Made by a program: the position numbers and the translations under genes. Below are positions 52,077-63,662 of a DNA stretch of 64,000 nt, in pieces; the first letter of the stretch is position 1; each line of letters starts with the position of its first letter. This DNA is from Armatimonadota bacterium. Lineage in GTDB: Bacteria; Armatimonadota; UBA5829; DTLH01. The stretch is from the NCBI GenBank assembly GCA_029551395.1, contig JAKPFN010000079.1, forward strand, positions 9,278 to 73,277. The letters run 5' to 3'. The notes beneath the pieces are model-generated. The model saw nothing but the letters and a program-made list of their open reading frames with translations, had not been told where the DNA came from and did no database searches.

Positions 52077-52805
52077 TTACTGCTCTTCTTTTAACCTTTC
52101 CCTTGGCTGTGGTTCTTTCTGCCTTTCATCTCCAGTAGGCAGACCAAGTCCCTGATAACGCGGCGCTTCGAGCATCTTTTGTGCGTCACCAATCAACGCT
52201 TCAGTACTTTCACTTACCGAAGTAAACTCCGCATCAACTGCCCCTTCATTGATTTTCTTCCGAAGCGCTTCCATTGCCTCTTCTATCTTCCTGGCGCCGA
52301 TAGCTTCCTGAATTCTAAGGTCTAGCTCGGCGTTAGGGTCAGTGCTAAGCAGACTCCTGTTCTGAATCTGCTTTCGGCGGATATCAAGTTCACGCTCAAC
52401 CTTGTCAAATGCACTTTGCGGAGACTGAAGATCGAACTTAGATGTTGCTCGCTGGATCTGTTCTTCTTCACGCAGAAGATAAGCTTCCTGTTCAAGTCTG
52501 GGAAGTGCCTCAATCCTCTTTTTAACTTCCTGCTCGCTCTTACGATATTCGACTACCTTCTGCTCAGCTTCTCTTTGAAGCCTTTCATACTCATCTTTAA
52601 GCTGCTTCACCTTTTCTGCTGATTGCAACTGCAGCCCAACCAATCGCCTTGCAGCCTTCTCATCACCGTTTTTTAAGAATGCCTCTGCTTCCCTGCGAAG
52701 CGATTCATGGTTATCAAGCTCAGACTGAAGCTTTGTTCGAGCCTCATCAGCTCTTGCCATCACAAACGATGTAGCCTCAGCCTGCAATTCCAATGTTTTC
52801 AGCAT
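52077..52805 (-). CDS. pspA: PspA/IM30 (phage-shock protein A / Vipp1) family protein. The frame continues about 30 codons upstream with no canonical start; the candidate ATG at 52897 is offset by 1 nt.
   Basis: Coiled-coil IM30 pattern. The in-frame upstream translation DGFFARITNAIRVFFTGGGNAEATLQNSANQ resembles the PspA N-terminal helix (MGIFSRF...). Confidence 0.7.
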   Translation of the reverse strand: MLKTLELQAEATSFVMARADEARTKLQSELDNHESLRREAEAFLKNGDEKAARRLVGLQLQSAEKVKQLKDEYERLQREAEQKVVEYRKSEQEVKKRIEALPRLEQEAYLLREEEQIQRATSKFDLQSPQSAFDKVERELDIRRKQIQNRSLLSTDPNAELDLRIQEAIGARKIEEAMEALRKKINEGAVDAEFTSVSESTEALIGDAQKMLEAPRYQGLGLPTGDERQKEPQPRERLKEEQ

Positions 52806-53263
52806 CTGGTTTGCGCTGTTCTGCAGAGTTGCCTCAGCGTTTCCACCGCCAGTAAAGAATACCCTTATAGCATTTGTAATTCTTGCAAAGAAGCCATCTT
52901 TAGCACTTAATCCCAGCCTCCCTTTCTGTGGCCAATGTCTTCCACTTTAAAATGGGCATCAGTTATTATCATGATTATGCGCTCTGCAGACAAAAACCTT
53001 CACATATATAGCTTTAGCTCATCCAAAAGCCTGCCTGTTTGAATCTTCTACTGGTTTATACCACCAAAGTACGTCACAGTCAATGTCCAGATGCTGAAAT
53101 CCTGCACATATAATGTATTTTTTAAGGCCAAATATGTGTATACACAACAAATATACTTCTATAGAAGCACATTCATTTCGATATAGCCCATCAGATGTCC
53201 TTAATTATGCAATGAATATATGGGTAAACTTGCGAGTGAACATATATCATTAGGAGGCATTGT

Positions 53264-54274
53264 ATGTTTGGCGCAATGATTGGTGTTCGAGCACCTGAGT
53301 TTATTGGCAACGAAAATGATTGGATAAACACTCACCCGCTCCGTATGTCGGATTTAAGAGGCAAAATAGTCCTGATAGATTTCTGGGACTACACTTGTAT
53401 CAACTGCATAAGAACATTACCTTATCTAAGAGAATGGCATAATCGCTATAAAGATAAAGGTCTTGTCATTGTAGGGATCCACACACCGGAGTTCGAGTTT
53501 GCAAAGGACAGGGAAAATGTCGAAGAGGCAGTTGAGAAATTCGGAATCGATTACCCGGTACTGCTGGACCCGGATTATGAGAACTGGCAAGCCTATGCTA
53601 ACCGCTATTGGCCCAGGAAGTATATTGTTGATGCTGATGGCAAGATTGTTTACGATCATGCAGGCGAAGGAGCCTACGGGGACACTGAAAACGTGATTCA
53701 GCAGCTGCTTAAAGAGATTAATCCTGATGTAGAACTACCTCAACTGATGGAACCTGTAACTGGAGAAGGCAAACCAGGTGCTGTTTGCTATCCTGTTACG
53801 CCGGAACTATACGCCGGATATAGAAGAGGCATAATCGGCAGCCCGGAAGGTTATAAGCAGGGGGAAGTGGTTGAATATACTGATCCCGGAGAGCATGAGG
53901 ATGGAGTCATATATGCAAGAGGTCCGTTTTATATTGCTGATGAGTATCTACGACACGCCAAACAGACAGAATATCCTAAGGATTACATAGCAATCCGTTA
54001 CCATGCTATTGAAGTAAACGCTGTTATGAGGCCGGCGAAGGGGGAATTCGATGTACTGGTAACACAGGATGGCAAACCGATTGATCTATTAGACGCAGGA
54101 ACTGATGTCTATTTGGCAGATGGGAATACTTGGGTCACAGTTGATGAACCGAGAATGTATCGGATTGTGAAGAACAGGGAATTTGGATCGCATGAACTCA
54201 GACTTGCATCAAATTCCGATTCTTTTACCCTATATGCGTTTACATTTGGTTCCTGCGAACAAGCACAGCCTTGA
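53264..54274 (+). CDS. Thioredoxin-fold redoxin (TlpA/AhpC-TSA-like) with a C-terminal extension
   Basis: CINC (CxxC) in FWDYTCINCIRTLP. Confidence 0.7.
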   Translation: MFGAMIGVRAPEFIGNENDWINTHPLRMSDLRGKIVLIDFWDYTCINCIRTLPYLREWHNRYKDKGLVIVGIHTPEFEFAKDRENVEEAVEKFGIDYPVLLDPDYENWQAYANRYWPRKYIVDADGKIVYDHAGEGAYGDTENVIQQLLKEINPDVELPQLMEPVTGEGKPGAVCYPVTPELYAGYRRGIIGSPEGYKQGEVVEYTDPGEHEDGVIYARGPFYIADEYLRHAKQTEYPKDYIAIRYHAIEVNAVMRPAKGEFDVLVTQDGKPIDLLDAGTDVYLADGNTWVTVDEPRMYRIVKNREFGSHELRLASNSDSFTLYAFTFGSCEQAQP

Positions 54275-54371
54275 ACTCTCGATGAGGTTTCTGGTAGCAT
54301 TATTAGCGTAAGGACTGTGTAAAGATGTACAGTCCACACTAATTACAACACCGAATCATCGGGGGATAGGA

Positions 54372-55151
54372 ATGAAGACCAAATTATTGCTTGTTGTTGT
54401 ACTGGCAGCTCTGGTTGGAGTATCTTTGGCACTGCAAAAAAATGCTTCTCCAGGAGAAGATGACAATTCTCACGAGGAAGAACAACAAGAATCACCTAAA
54501 CCTGCGGAGAAAAAACCAGTTAAGACAGCCAGTTACGAGCCTGGTAAAGTGGCTTCAATAAAGACTAACCGAGGCGTTATTAAGTTTGTTCTCTTTGAGA
54601 AAGACATGCCCGTCACTTGCAAGAATTTCGTTGACCTAGTTAATTCCGGCTTTTATAAGAACCATAAATTCCACAGAGTTGAAGATTGGGTTATTCAGAC
54701 CGGCGATCCTACAGGAACCGGTACAGGAGGATCACCTGACAAGATAAAACTGGAGATGTGTGACGGCCTTGGCTTTGAAGTTCCATATATGGTTGGTATG
54801 GCCAGACAGTCTGGTGATCAGGACAGCGCATCAAGTCAGTTCTTTATCACCATGAACCCAGTAGCGCAGTTACAGGATTTAGCAATGGGTGGTGGTTACG
54901 CGTGCTTTGGCCTGGTGTTTACCGGTCAAGACGTCGTCAAGAACATTAAGCTAAACGATACAATGGAAAGCATAACAATCTCCGAACCTACTGAAGAGGA
55001 GCTTAAGTTGATAGAAACAGGATGTAAAGCATTGATCGAAGCCAAGGCAAAAATGCCCGAGTTCAAACCTGTTCCTGCACCAGGAGCAAGCAGTAGTTCG
55101 GAATCTCAGCATGAACATGATGAAAACTGTGGTCATGACCACGGACACTAA
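54372..55151 (+). CDS. Secreted cyclophilin-type peptidyl-prolyl isomerase with a His-rich C-terminal tail
   Basis: Signal peptide. FHRVEDWVIQTGDPTGTG. Tail HEHDENCGHDHGH. Confidence 0.85.
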   Translation: MKTKLLLVVVLAALVGVSLALQKNASPGEDDNSHEEEQQESPKPAEKKPVKTASYEPGKVASIKTNRGVIKFVLFEKDMPVTCKNFVDLVNSGFYKNHKFHRVEDWVIQTGDPTGTGTGGSPDKIKLEMCDGLGFEVPYMVGMARQSGDQDSASSQFFITMNPVAQLQDLAMGGGYACFGLVFTGQDVVKNIKLNDTMESITISEPTEEELKLIETGCKALIEAKAKMPEFKPVPAPGASSSSESQHEHDENCGHDHGH

Positions 55152-55182
55152 TTCGATGACCTGTATGAGGAGGGTTGACTAA

Positions 55183-55857
55183 GTGAAGACTGTTACGGCT
55201 CTGCTGATCCTTGGGTTGATTGTTATGGGGTTAACATTAACAGCCGCCCAGGATAGTAATACAAGTAAGAAAGAGGAACCGCCTGTGACTGGCCGCTGGG
55301 CAATTATAGAGACAAATAGAGGCACAATCAAACTTGCTCTGTACGAGGAAGACATGCCCATTACCACAAAGAACTTTATTGATTTGGCTAATGCAAAGTT
55401 CTTTGATGGTCTGAAGTTCCATAGAGTCGAGGACTGGGTAATCCAGACTGGCGATCCTACAGGTACAGGCGCTGGCGGCTCTGGGAAAACGATCAAATTA
55501 GAGACTAGTCCAAAGCTGAAGCATGACAAGATCGGTGTAGTGGGTATGGCAAGGCTTGGACATGACCTGCACAGCGCAACCTCGCAGTTTTATATCATCC
55601 GAAGACCTGCACAGTATCTTGATGGGAAATATGCAGTATTTGCCCAGGTTGTAGAGGGACTTGAGGTTGTAAAGAGTATACAAAAGAATGATGTAGTAGA
55701 GAGTATCCGCATTGTTCCTGCACCCAGGCCAAAATCTGATGAAAAATCAACCGATGTAGAATCTAAAGACAAAGACTGCCAGGACTGCAAGAAGAATAAC
55801 GAGCAGACAGAGGGGCAGAAAGACAGCGAACAGAAAGAAGAAAAAGAGAACAAGTAA
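55183..55857 (+). CDS. Secreted cyclophilin-type peptidyl-prolyl isomerase (tandem paralog) with a K/E-rich tail
   Basis: FHRVEDWVIQTGDPTGTG repeated. GTG start with an AGGAGGG RBS. Confidence 0.85.
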   Translation: MKTVTALLILGLIVMGLTLTAAQDSNTSKKEEPPVTGRWAIIETNRGTIKLALYEEDMPITTKNFIDLANAKFFDGLKFHRVEDWVIQTGDPTGTGAGGSGKTIKLETSPKLKHDKIGVVGMARLGHDLHSATSQFYIIRRPAQYLDGKYAVFAQVVEGLEVVKSIQKNDVVESIRIVPAPRPKSDEKSTDVESKDKDCQDCKKNNEQTEGQKDSEQKEEKENK

Positions 55858-55871
55858 CGCTGATTATACTA

Positions 55872-55915
55872 AAAATGTCGGGCCAGGTGGATTGTTCAGC
55901 TTGGCTCGACATTTT
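55872..55915. terminator. Bidirectional terminator hairpin (13-bp stem, AAAATGTCGGGCC...GGCTCGACATTTT)
   Basis: Long stem with A/T-run flanks between convergent genes. Confidence 0.6.
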
Positions 55916-55942
55916 GCTTTGAAGTTTAATAGCATTCCTCTA

Positions 55943-56860
55943 TTAACTGCTAAATCTGTTAAGAAGCCAATTCCTTAGAGTTCGCTTAGGTTCGGATGAG
56001 ATACATGAAGGGCATGGAACTCTTTCTCGTCGGGCCAGGAAGACGAGTGACCGGTGCCCTTTGCCGTCAAGCCGGAGACAATCCTGTTTCAGGTGATATT
56101 CCGCCTGATTTCGAACAATCCAGGCATCATCGAATGAATCTCCGCCGCCATGTTGCTGAATGTAACATCTGGCTATGTTGAGAAATCGGTCGAGGTCGAG
56201 AACAAGCTTTCCCCATCCGTCCTTACCTCCAGAGAATCGGGCTGCAGCGATGTTAATCGAATATACCTTATCAACTCCACATAATCTTTTGAGTACAGCG
56301 GCATAGACTCTGGCCGTTGCGCCCAGATTGTAGATATCATCAATCAAGAGGACTGTGCCGTTGATCTGTCTGGGAACTAGGAACAGGTCTTGCAGGACAT
56401 AATTGATCCGGTGCCTTAGAACTTCATTGCCGGATAGTTGGTCGATCATCCGCATAGGCTTTCTTGTTTCTGTTTTGAAGAAGATGGAGGTCAGGTCTGG
56501 CACATTGAAAGCGCTTGAGATCAAACTGGCAAGTGCTGAATGAGGTTTAGCTGGATCTGGTTTTGTCTCACCAGAGGAAAGAACTCGAATGATTGCATTT
56601 GGCTGCCAGGCTTGGGAAGCTTGGACAATCATACCGCTGTAAGCTTTTGTAATTGCCTCAAGACAGAGTTTATCAACCGAGAAAGATTCAGGATTTTTGA
56701 AGCATTTGACCAATTGGCTTTGCAGGTCGACGTCATCCGTTCTTGACCAATAGGAGCCAAGTGCTATGACATCATTGAATGACTGCCCTTGAGCGAGTTC
56801 ATTTGCAGATAGCACTTGTCGCAGTGGTATAGGAATCGGCTTTTGATTAGTCTGGTGCAT
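55943..56860 (-). CDS. ComF/GntX-like type-I phosphoribosyltransferase-domain protein (no N-terminal zinc finger; a C-terminal Cys-containing extension)
   Basis: PRPP-binding motif VLLIDDIYNLGATA preceded by a ComFC-like region (IIRVLSSGETKP...). Confidence 0.55.
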   Translation of the reverse strand: MHQTNQKPIPIPLRQVLSANELAQGQSFNDVIALGSYWSRTDDVDLQSQLVKCFKNPESFSVDKLCLEAITKAYSGMIVQASQAWQPNAIIRVLSSGETKPDPAKPHSALASLISSAFNVPDLTSIFFKTETRKPMRMIDQLSGNEVLRHRINYVLQDLFLVPRQINGTVLLIDDIYNLGATARVYAAVLKRLCGVDKVYSINIAAARFSGGKDGWGKLVLDLDRFLNIARCYIQQHGGGDSFDDAWIVRNQAEYHLKQDCLRLDGKGHRSLVFLARRERVPCPSCISSEPKRTLRNWLLNRFSS

Positions 56861-56952
56861 GTTTACAATATAGCGATTTAGCGAGCAGCAATCAACAACT
56901 TAACGAGTTCGGCTATAAGTGAAGCAGCCAGGCATAATATTTGTGAAAACGC

Positions 56953-56981
56953 TTTACATAAAAACTGCATTCTGCTATAAT
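56953..56981 (+). promoter_or_regulatory. Sigma-70-like promoter TTTACA-17-TATAAT for the tRNA
   Basis: TTTACA at 56953-56958, 17-nt spacer, TATAAT at 56976-56981, 11 nt upstream of the tRNA 5' end. Confidence 0.6.
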
Positions 56982-56992
56982 ATGGATGTCGA

Positions 56993-58750
<1,758 letters not shown>

Positions 58751-58909
58751 TGTCTCCTCCTTATCTAAGGGACCGCGGCAACTAGAACCGTGGCCACACA
58801 ATTTAGAATTCCATCTGTAGTAGTAAGTCACCTGCTTGTCTTGTAGAAAGTAACTAACATAACAAACATAACAGCGCGACGGCTGTATTTGCGATAATTG
58901 TTGAGTTTG

Positions 58910-60163
58910 TTACGTATCCAGTCCATAGCGCATCATCTGATTGTGAAGGTTGATTCCATCCCAGATATACCCGGCGTAGCCTCCTCCCAAGACCTTCTGT
59001 CTGAACCCTAAGGCCTTCAGCCTACGTCCTGTTGTACGTGGGTCGATCCGCTCCCGCGGCGATACAGATTCATTGTAGACAGTGGTCACACGCTTCACTG
59101 AAATCACGCCGGATCTCACTTCTGGCGCCAAGCTGTGGAATGCTCTAAGAATGCCTGCCTCCAAGCTGCAGCTCAGGTCGCCAGCCCTTGATTCCTGGGT
59201 CTCGCCGATGATTGATAACAAGCGCTCGCTAGCCTCGGGTTTAACCATTTCGGCTATCTGGAGCAACGGCTTGGTTATGTCGCCGAGTCTACCAGCGCAC
59301 GCCTTCTTGACTTCGGGCAGACCGGTGAGCATATGCCGGGCTCTGAATGCTGTCAGCCGACTCCTAAGGTCTGTAGCTGCCCCTGCGGTGACATCATTGT
59401 TGAATATCTTTAAGGAAGGCTGCATTGATATGATTATCGAACGACTTTCTAAGGTCTCATCCGGCAGTTCATTTAAGCCGAGCACTGTGGGCGCAAAGAG
59501 ATCGAAAAACTTTGTTGATAGGAACGAGTCATTGCTAAAGTTAGTCACCCGAGCCGACCGAGCTCCTCTCTCAAATCTGGAAAGGATAATATCTTCGGAC
59601 CCTCTGCCCTTGGCACGTCGCCAGATGTCAACAACATCAAAAAAGCACGAGCACTGGGCAAGATCAGAAGTCCTCATGATATAGCCTGGGTTCAACGATT
59701 CTAGGTGGAGTCCCCGATAGGCCGTATACACCAAGGACTTGCCTGTCCGGCTCTTCCCGCTTCCGGCGACTGAGTATAGCATGATGATTGGAGAGTAGTT
59801 GCAGTACTCCATCAAGTAGGTATGCATGATCCACGAGGCCAAGAGATCGTGGTGCTGTAAAGACGGCAACACAGAGGCACTTTCTGTCCAAGCCACCACA
59901 TCGTCGTACAAGCTCGCGTCGTTATCGGTGTCAATGTAGTGGCTCACCCGATCTGCGTCGGAAATCGCCCAAGGGAGGTCTCTCCTTGATGGCGGGAGCA
60001 GGATGCGGTCGTCATCTGTCCATCTGTCCTCAAGCCAGAACCCGCGGTCATCAGCGACGAGGAACTTCATCTGTCCCTTCTGTTCGACCACATCAACAAG
60101 ACCCTCAAATTTTGCCGAGACTTCTGGCTTAACGTCTTCTGTCGATTGCAAATGCTTAGGCAA
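58910..60163 (-). CDS. SF3-helicase-like P-loop NTPase (putative replication protein of the integrated element)
   Basis: Walker A GKSRTGKS, Walker B CFFDVVD, downstream sensor Asn. Confidence 0.4.
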   Translation of the reverse strand: MPKHLQSTEDVKPEVSAKFEGLVDVVEQKGQMKFLVADDRGFWLEDRWTDDDRILLPPSRRDLPWAISDADRVSHYIDTDNDASLYDDVVAWTESASVLPSLQHHDLLASWIMHTYLMEYCNYSPIIMLYSVAGSGKSRTGKSLVYTAYRGLHLESLNPGYIMRTSDLAQCSCFFDVVDIWRRAKGRGSEDIILSRFERGARSARVTNFSNDSFLSTKFFDLFAPTVLGLNELPDETLESRSIIISMQPSLKIFNNDVTAGAATDLRSRLTAFRARHMLTGLPEVKKACAGRLGDITKPLLQIAEMVKPEASERLLSIIGETQESRAGDLSCSLEAGILRAFHSLAPEVRSGVISVKRVTTVYNESVSPRERIDPRTTGRRLKALGFRQKVLGGGYAGYIWDGINLHNQMMRYGLDT

Positions 60164-60365
60164 CGCTCAATACCTCATTTCTCGTGCTCTCTACGTCATC
60201 GGTCTTCGCGTATTGGTCTGGATGGCGCATGATCTCATCGCACATCCACCGGATCAACAACTGCTGGAACTCCGCGAGTTCTGCGTTATGCTCCATGTCA
60301 GAATAGAACACGATGTTGAGTTGTTGAGTTTTACTTCTTGTCTTTCTTGCCAACTTACACCTCAA
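60156..60365 (-). CDS. Small hypothetical protein
   Basis: ORF overlapping the downstream gene by 8 nt. Confidence 0.3.
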   Translation of the reverse strand: MRCKLARKTRSKTQQLNIVFYSDMEHNAELAEFQQLLIRWMCDEIMRHPDQYAKTDDVESTRNEVLSVA

Positions 60366-60498
60366 ATGAATGCGACTCTGAGTCCTCCCGACTCACGGTC
60401 GCGTGAATGAATACAGGTCATTTTTGCTGGGTATAATTGACTGCTGAGGCAAACAATCGTAACATAAGGATAACGCTGAAAAATTCTGGAGAAAATAT

Positions 60499-61281
60499 TT
60501 GTCTAATGAACTGTTCGAGTTTGGATGGCGTAAGTGTCGTGCTCGCTGGATTGAGGCATGTCCAGCAGATAGCTTATCAGGCGGTGCAAAGCTATTCCTA
60601 ATTGAAGATGTGGCCTTCAGCGGTAATGTGCAGACGCGGGGCGGCTACAATCCATTGGTGCATAGGAATCTGCTCAACGATTTCACTCGGCTCAAGGTGG
60701 GGCTGGAATCAGTCAGGGTATTTGCAAGCCAGTATGGGATGCTGGGTCAACCGGCCAGCTTGCAGGTCATTAGCCGGGAGGACGGGAGTTGCTACGTTGG
60801 TGAGTTGTTAGCTTCGTGGAAGGCAGCTGTTGAGGAAGTCAATGGGTTTCTTCAGTTGGTTGATATTGAGGACCGGCAGCCAGTCGGCTGGCCGGAAGTG
60901 TATTTATCGTTAAGTGGGAGGCCCGCAACTGAATCTCGTATCCCCTTCAAGTATTTGAACTCTGATGAGCAAAGACTTAGGATACTGCGTGCACGAGAAG
61001 CTATGCAGTCCATAGCTACAGAGAAGATGGGCAGTCTGGCACAACTGCAGTTTCGCGTAGATCTGCAGACGGGTGAAAAACGCTTCGTCGCTGTACCTAT
61101 CAGCCTCCTCGGTGCAATATGGGTGCTGGCTTTCAGGTATGCCTGCAATTACCGTCCACAAACACAGACGTGTTCAGCCTGCGGGAAGACCTACTCACCC
61201 TTACGTATTACAAGAGAAGGTCCCACGTACTGCTCAGATGCTTGTAGAATGAAGGCATATCGGCTCCGACGCTCGCAGTAA
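60499..61281 (+). CDS. Hypothetical protein with a C-terminal zinc-ribbon-like motif (CSACGK...YCSDACR)
   Basis: ORF only. Confidence 0.4.
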   Translation: MSNELFEFGWRKCRARWIEACPADSLSGGAKLFLIEDVAFSGNVQTRGGYNPLVHRNLLNDFTRLKVGLESVRVFASQYGMLGQPASLQVISREDGSCYVGELLASWKAAVEEVNGFLQLVDIEDRQPVGWPEVYLSLSGRPATESRIPFKYLNSDEQRLRILRAREAMQSIATEKMGSLAQLQFRVDLQTGEKRFVAVPISLLGAIWVLAFRYACNYRPQTQTCSACGKTYSPLRITREGPTYCSDACRMKAYRLRRSQ

Positions 61282-61381
61282 GAGGCTACATAGGATTTGG
61301 TAATACTGAAGGGTGGTATGGCTGTGAATTGCATTATGGATTTGGCCTCTGCCAAGTACGTTATCTCGCAGATACCCGGAT

Positions 61382-62280
61382 GTGTTCCTTATGCACGAGG
61401 TCAATTCTCGATCAGTTGGACTAAGTCCTTTTGGACAGCTTCTTGAGTTATACCTGGAGGCAAAGGAAGCTGAAGTTTGTAGCCTCAGAACTATCAACCA
61501 CTACAAGCGAGAGGTCACAGCCTTTGTTACGTGGCTTCACGACGCTAAGCCGAACTGCAAACCGAGGATGTTGAGGCTCAGAACATCCGCAGATGGATCA
61601 TCAAGCGTCGGCGTGATAACATATCGACCCACACCGTCCACGACAGCTATCAGAACCCCAGGTTCTTCTGAAACTGGCTCATTCGCAAAGAATTGACAGA
61701 CAACAATCCATTCATCAAGGTCGGCCCTCCCAAGAAAGACGCAGTGATAAAACGGGATAGAGGTAGAGCGTCTATTCTCAGTCTGACAAGGCAAGGACTA
61801 CAGGATGCTGAGAGACTAAACGCTGCTGGGTGTGCTCTAGGACACTGGGCTTCACATACACGAGACTGCAAACCCAAGGTTGGTGACGTCTGAATGATAG
61901 GATGATCATTCGTGGCAAGGATGGCAGTATCGTTATGCATTCCTTTCGCCGGATGTGAGGATAGCCCTGTGCAGACACATTCGGGCTTGTCCATGTGAGC
62001 TTGGATGCTCTCTGGGTTGGTCACCAGGGGCAGTATACCGCAAGAGGGCTCCAGCAAGTGGTGGTCGACACGAGGAAGAGGGCAGGGATTTACTCCACTT
62101 GGTCCACACAGACTGTGTCGGGCATTTGCGACATGGAGTCTCAGAAGCGGGTGCGACATTGAGACTCTCCGCAGGCTGATGGGACATTCCACCCTCACAG
62201 TCCTTCAAAGCTATCTGGCGCTAGTTGAAACCTATCTGAAGAAGGCACATACTGAACAGTCACCGATGCATACAAGCTCA
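61382..62280 (+). pseudogene. Degraded tyrosine recombinase/integrase (XerC/D-phage integrase family) fragmented over at least 3 frames
   Basis: Core-binding N-terminal domain in ORF 61382..61696; the middle (NPFIKVGPPKKDAV) in 61693..61893; the catalytic C-terminus (LGPHRLCRAFATW...LMGHSTLTVLQSYL, with the R-H-Y residues) in 62005..62385. Confidence 0.7.
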
Positions 62281-62448
62281 ATCTGGACAGCAGAAAAGCG
62301 AAAGAAGAGTTCAAGTGGAAACCAGGAGGTGGAGCCGGGGCGAAACAACTATCACTCCACCAAGAAATGTAACGACAGGATCTGACACTGTCCTGCCAGC
62401 ATTCCTTCTACATCAGAGTGACCTGTACCCACTTTTTCGTACACTTTC

Positions 62449-63356
62449 TTATGCGGCTTTTGGCATGATTGCCTTAGCAGCAAACTGCACTGGCGATAGA
62501 TACCCCAGCGCCGAATGCAACCGAACCCTGTTATAGAAGACTTCTATGTACTCAAAGATATCCCTCCTTGCTTCGTCCCGCGTTTTGTAGTGCCTATGAT
62601 GAATTAGCTCGGTTTTCAGGCTGCCGAAGAAACTTTCCATCACAGCGTTGTCCCAAGGATCACCCTTGCTGCTCATCGAACAGATCAGGCCGTGCTTATC
62701 GAGTTCTTTCTGATAATCGAAAGATGCATACTGGCTGCCACGGTCGGAGTGAGCTATCAGACCAGGATCGGGTCTCCTGCGTGCAACAGCCATATTAAGA
62801 GCATCTATGACCAGATGCCGATCTATCCGCTCACTCATCGACCAACCTACAGCCTCACGGTTATGTAGATCAATCACGCCTGAAAGATACAGCCAACCCT
62901 CGTCAGTTGGAACATAGGTAATGTCGCTTACCCATGCTTTGTTAGGCTCATCCACACAAAAATCGCGATCAAGCAGATTATCAGCAACAGGATAATCGTG
63001 TGCCGAATCAGTTGTTTTTACCCATCGACGTTGGAACTTTGGCCTGATCCCGTTTTCCCTCATAAGCCGGACCACTCGGCGCCTGGAGCAGATTTCGCCA
63101 TCCAACACCAGTTGTTTGTGAATCCGCCTCGATCCATAAGTCTTCTTGCTGGCCTTGAATGTCTCCTTGATCTTATCCAGCAGACGACTGTCTTCGAGCT
63201 CGCGACAACTCTTGCCTCGATGAACCCAGTTGTTATAGCCGCTCCTTGAAACCCCAAGAACACGGCACATCGTTACTATCTTGAACTCACTTTTATGAGC
63301 AGAGATAAAGGCATACTTCAGAACTGCTCTTTCGCAAAGTATGCCGCGGCCTTTTT
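62449..63356 (-). CDS. IS3-family transposase OrfB (rve/DDE integrase core), expressed by a -1 frameshift from OrfA
   Basis: [13 protein letters not shown] core. A AAA AAG heptamer at the OrfA end. Confidence 0.85.
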
Positions 63357-63638
63357 TAGTATTTCACGCTCTTCTTTGAGAATCCGATTCTCGCGCCGCA
63401 GCCGGATCAGTTCCTCATGCTCGTCGGCAGTGGTCCTGGAGCCGTCGGGTTTTGTGCCGAACTGCTTGCGCCAGTTGTGGAGTGTGCTGTCAGAGACACC
63501 CAGATCTTTAGCTATCTGCACAATAGTGCTTTCACCCCGCTCCATTAGTCTTACCGCTTCCTGCTTGAACTCATTTGTAAATACACGTTTATTCATTCTT
63601 TCCTGCACCTCAGTTGATATTATAGGACACCAAGTCAA
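63318..63638 (-). CDS. IS3-family transposase OrfA (HTH)
   Basis: [18 protein letters not shown]...LHNWRKQF. Confidence 0.85.
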   Translation of the reverse strand: MTWCPIISTEVQERMNKRVFTNEFKQEAVRLMERGESTIVQIAKDLGVSDSTLHNWRKQFGTKPDGSRTTADEHEELIRLRRENRILKEEREILKKAAAYFAKEQF

Positions 63639-63662
63639 ACTGTCCGTAATACCGGGTACAGG

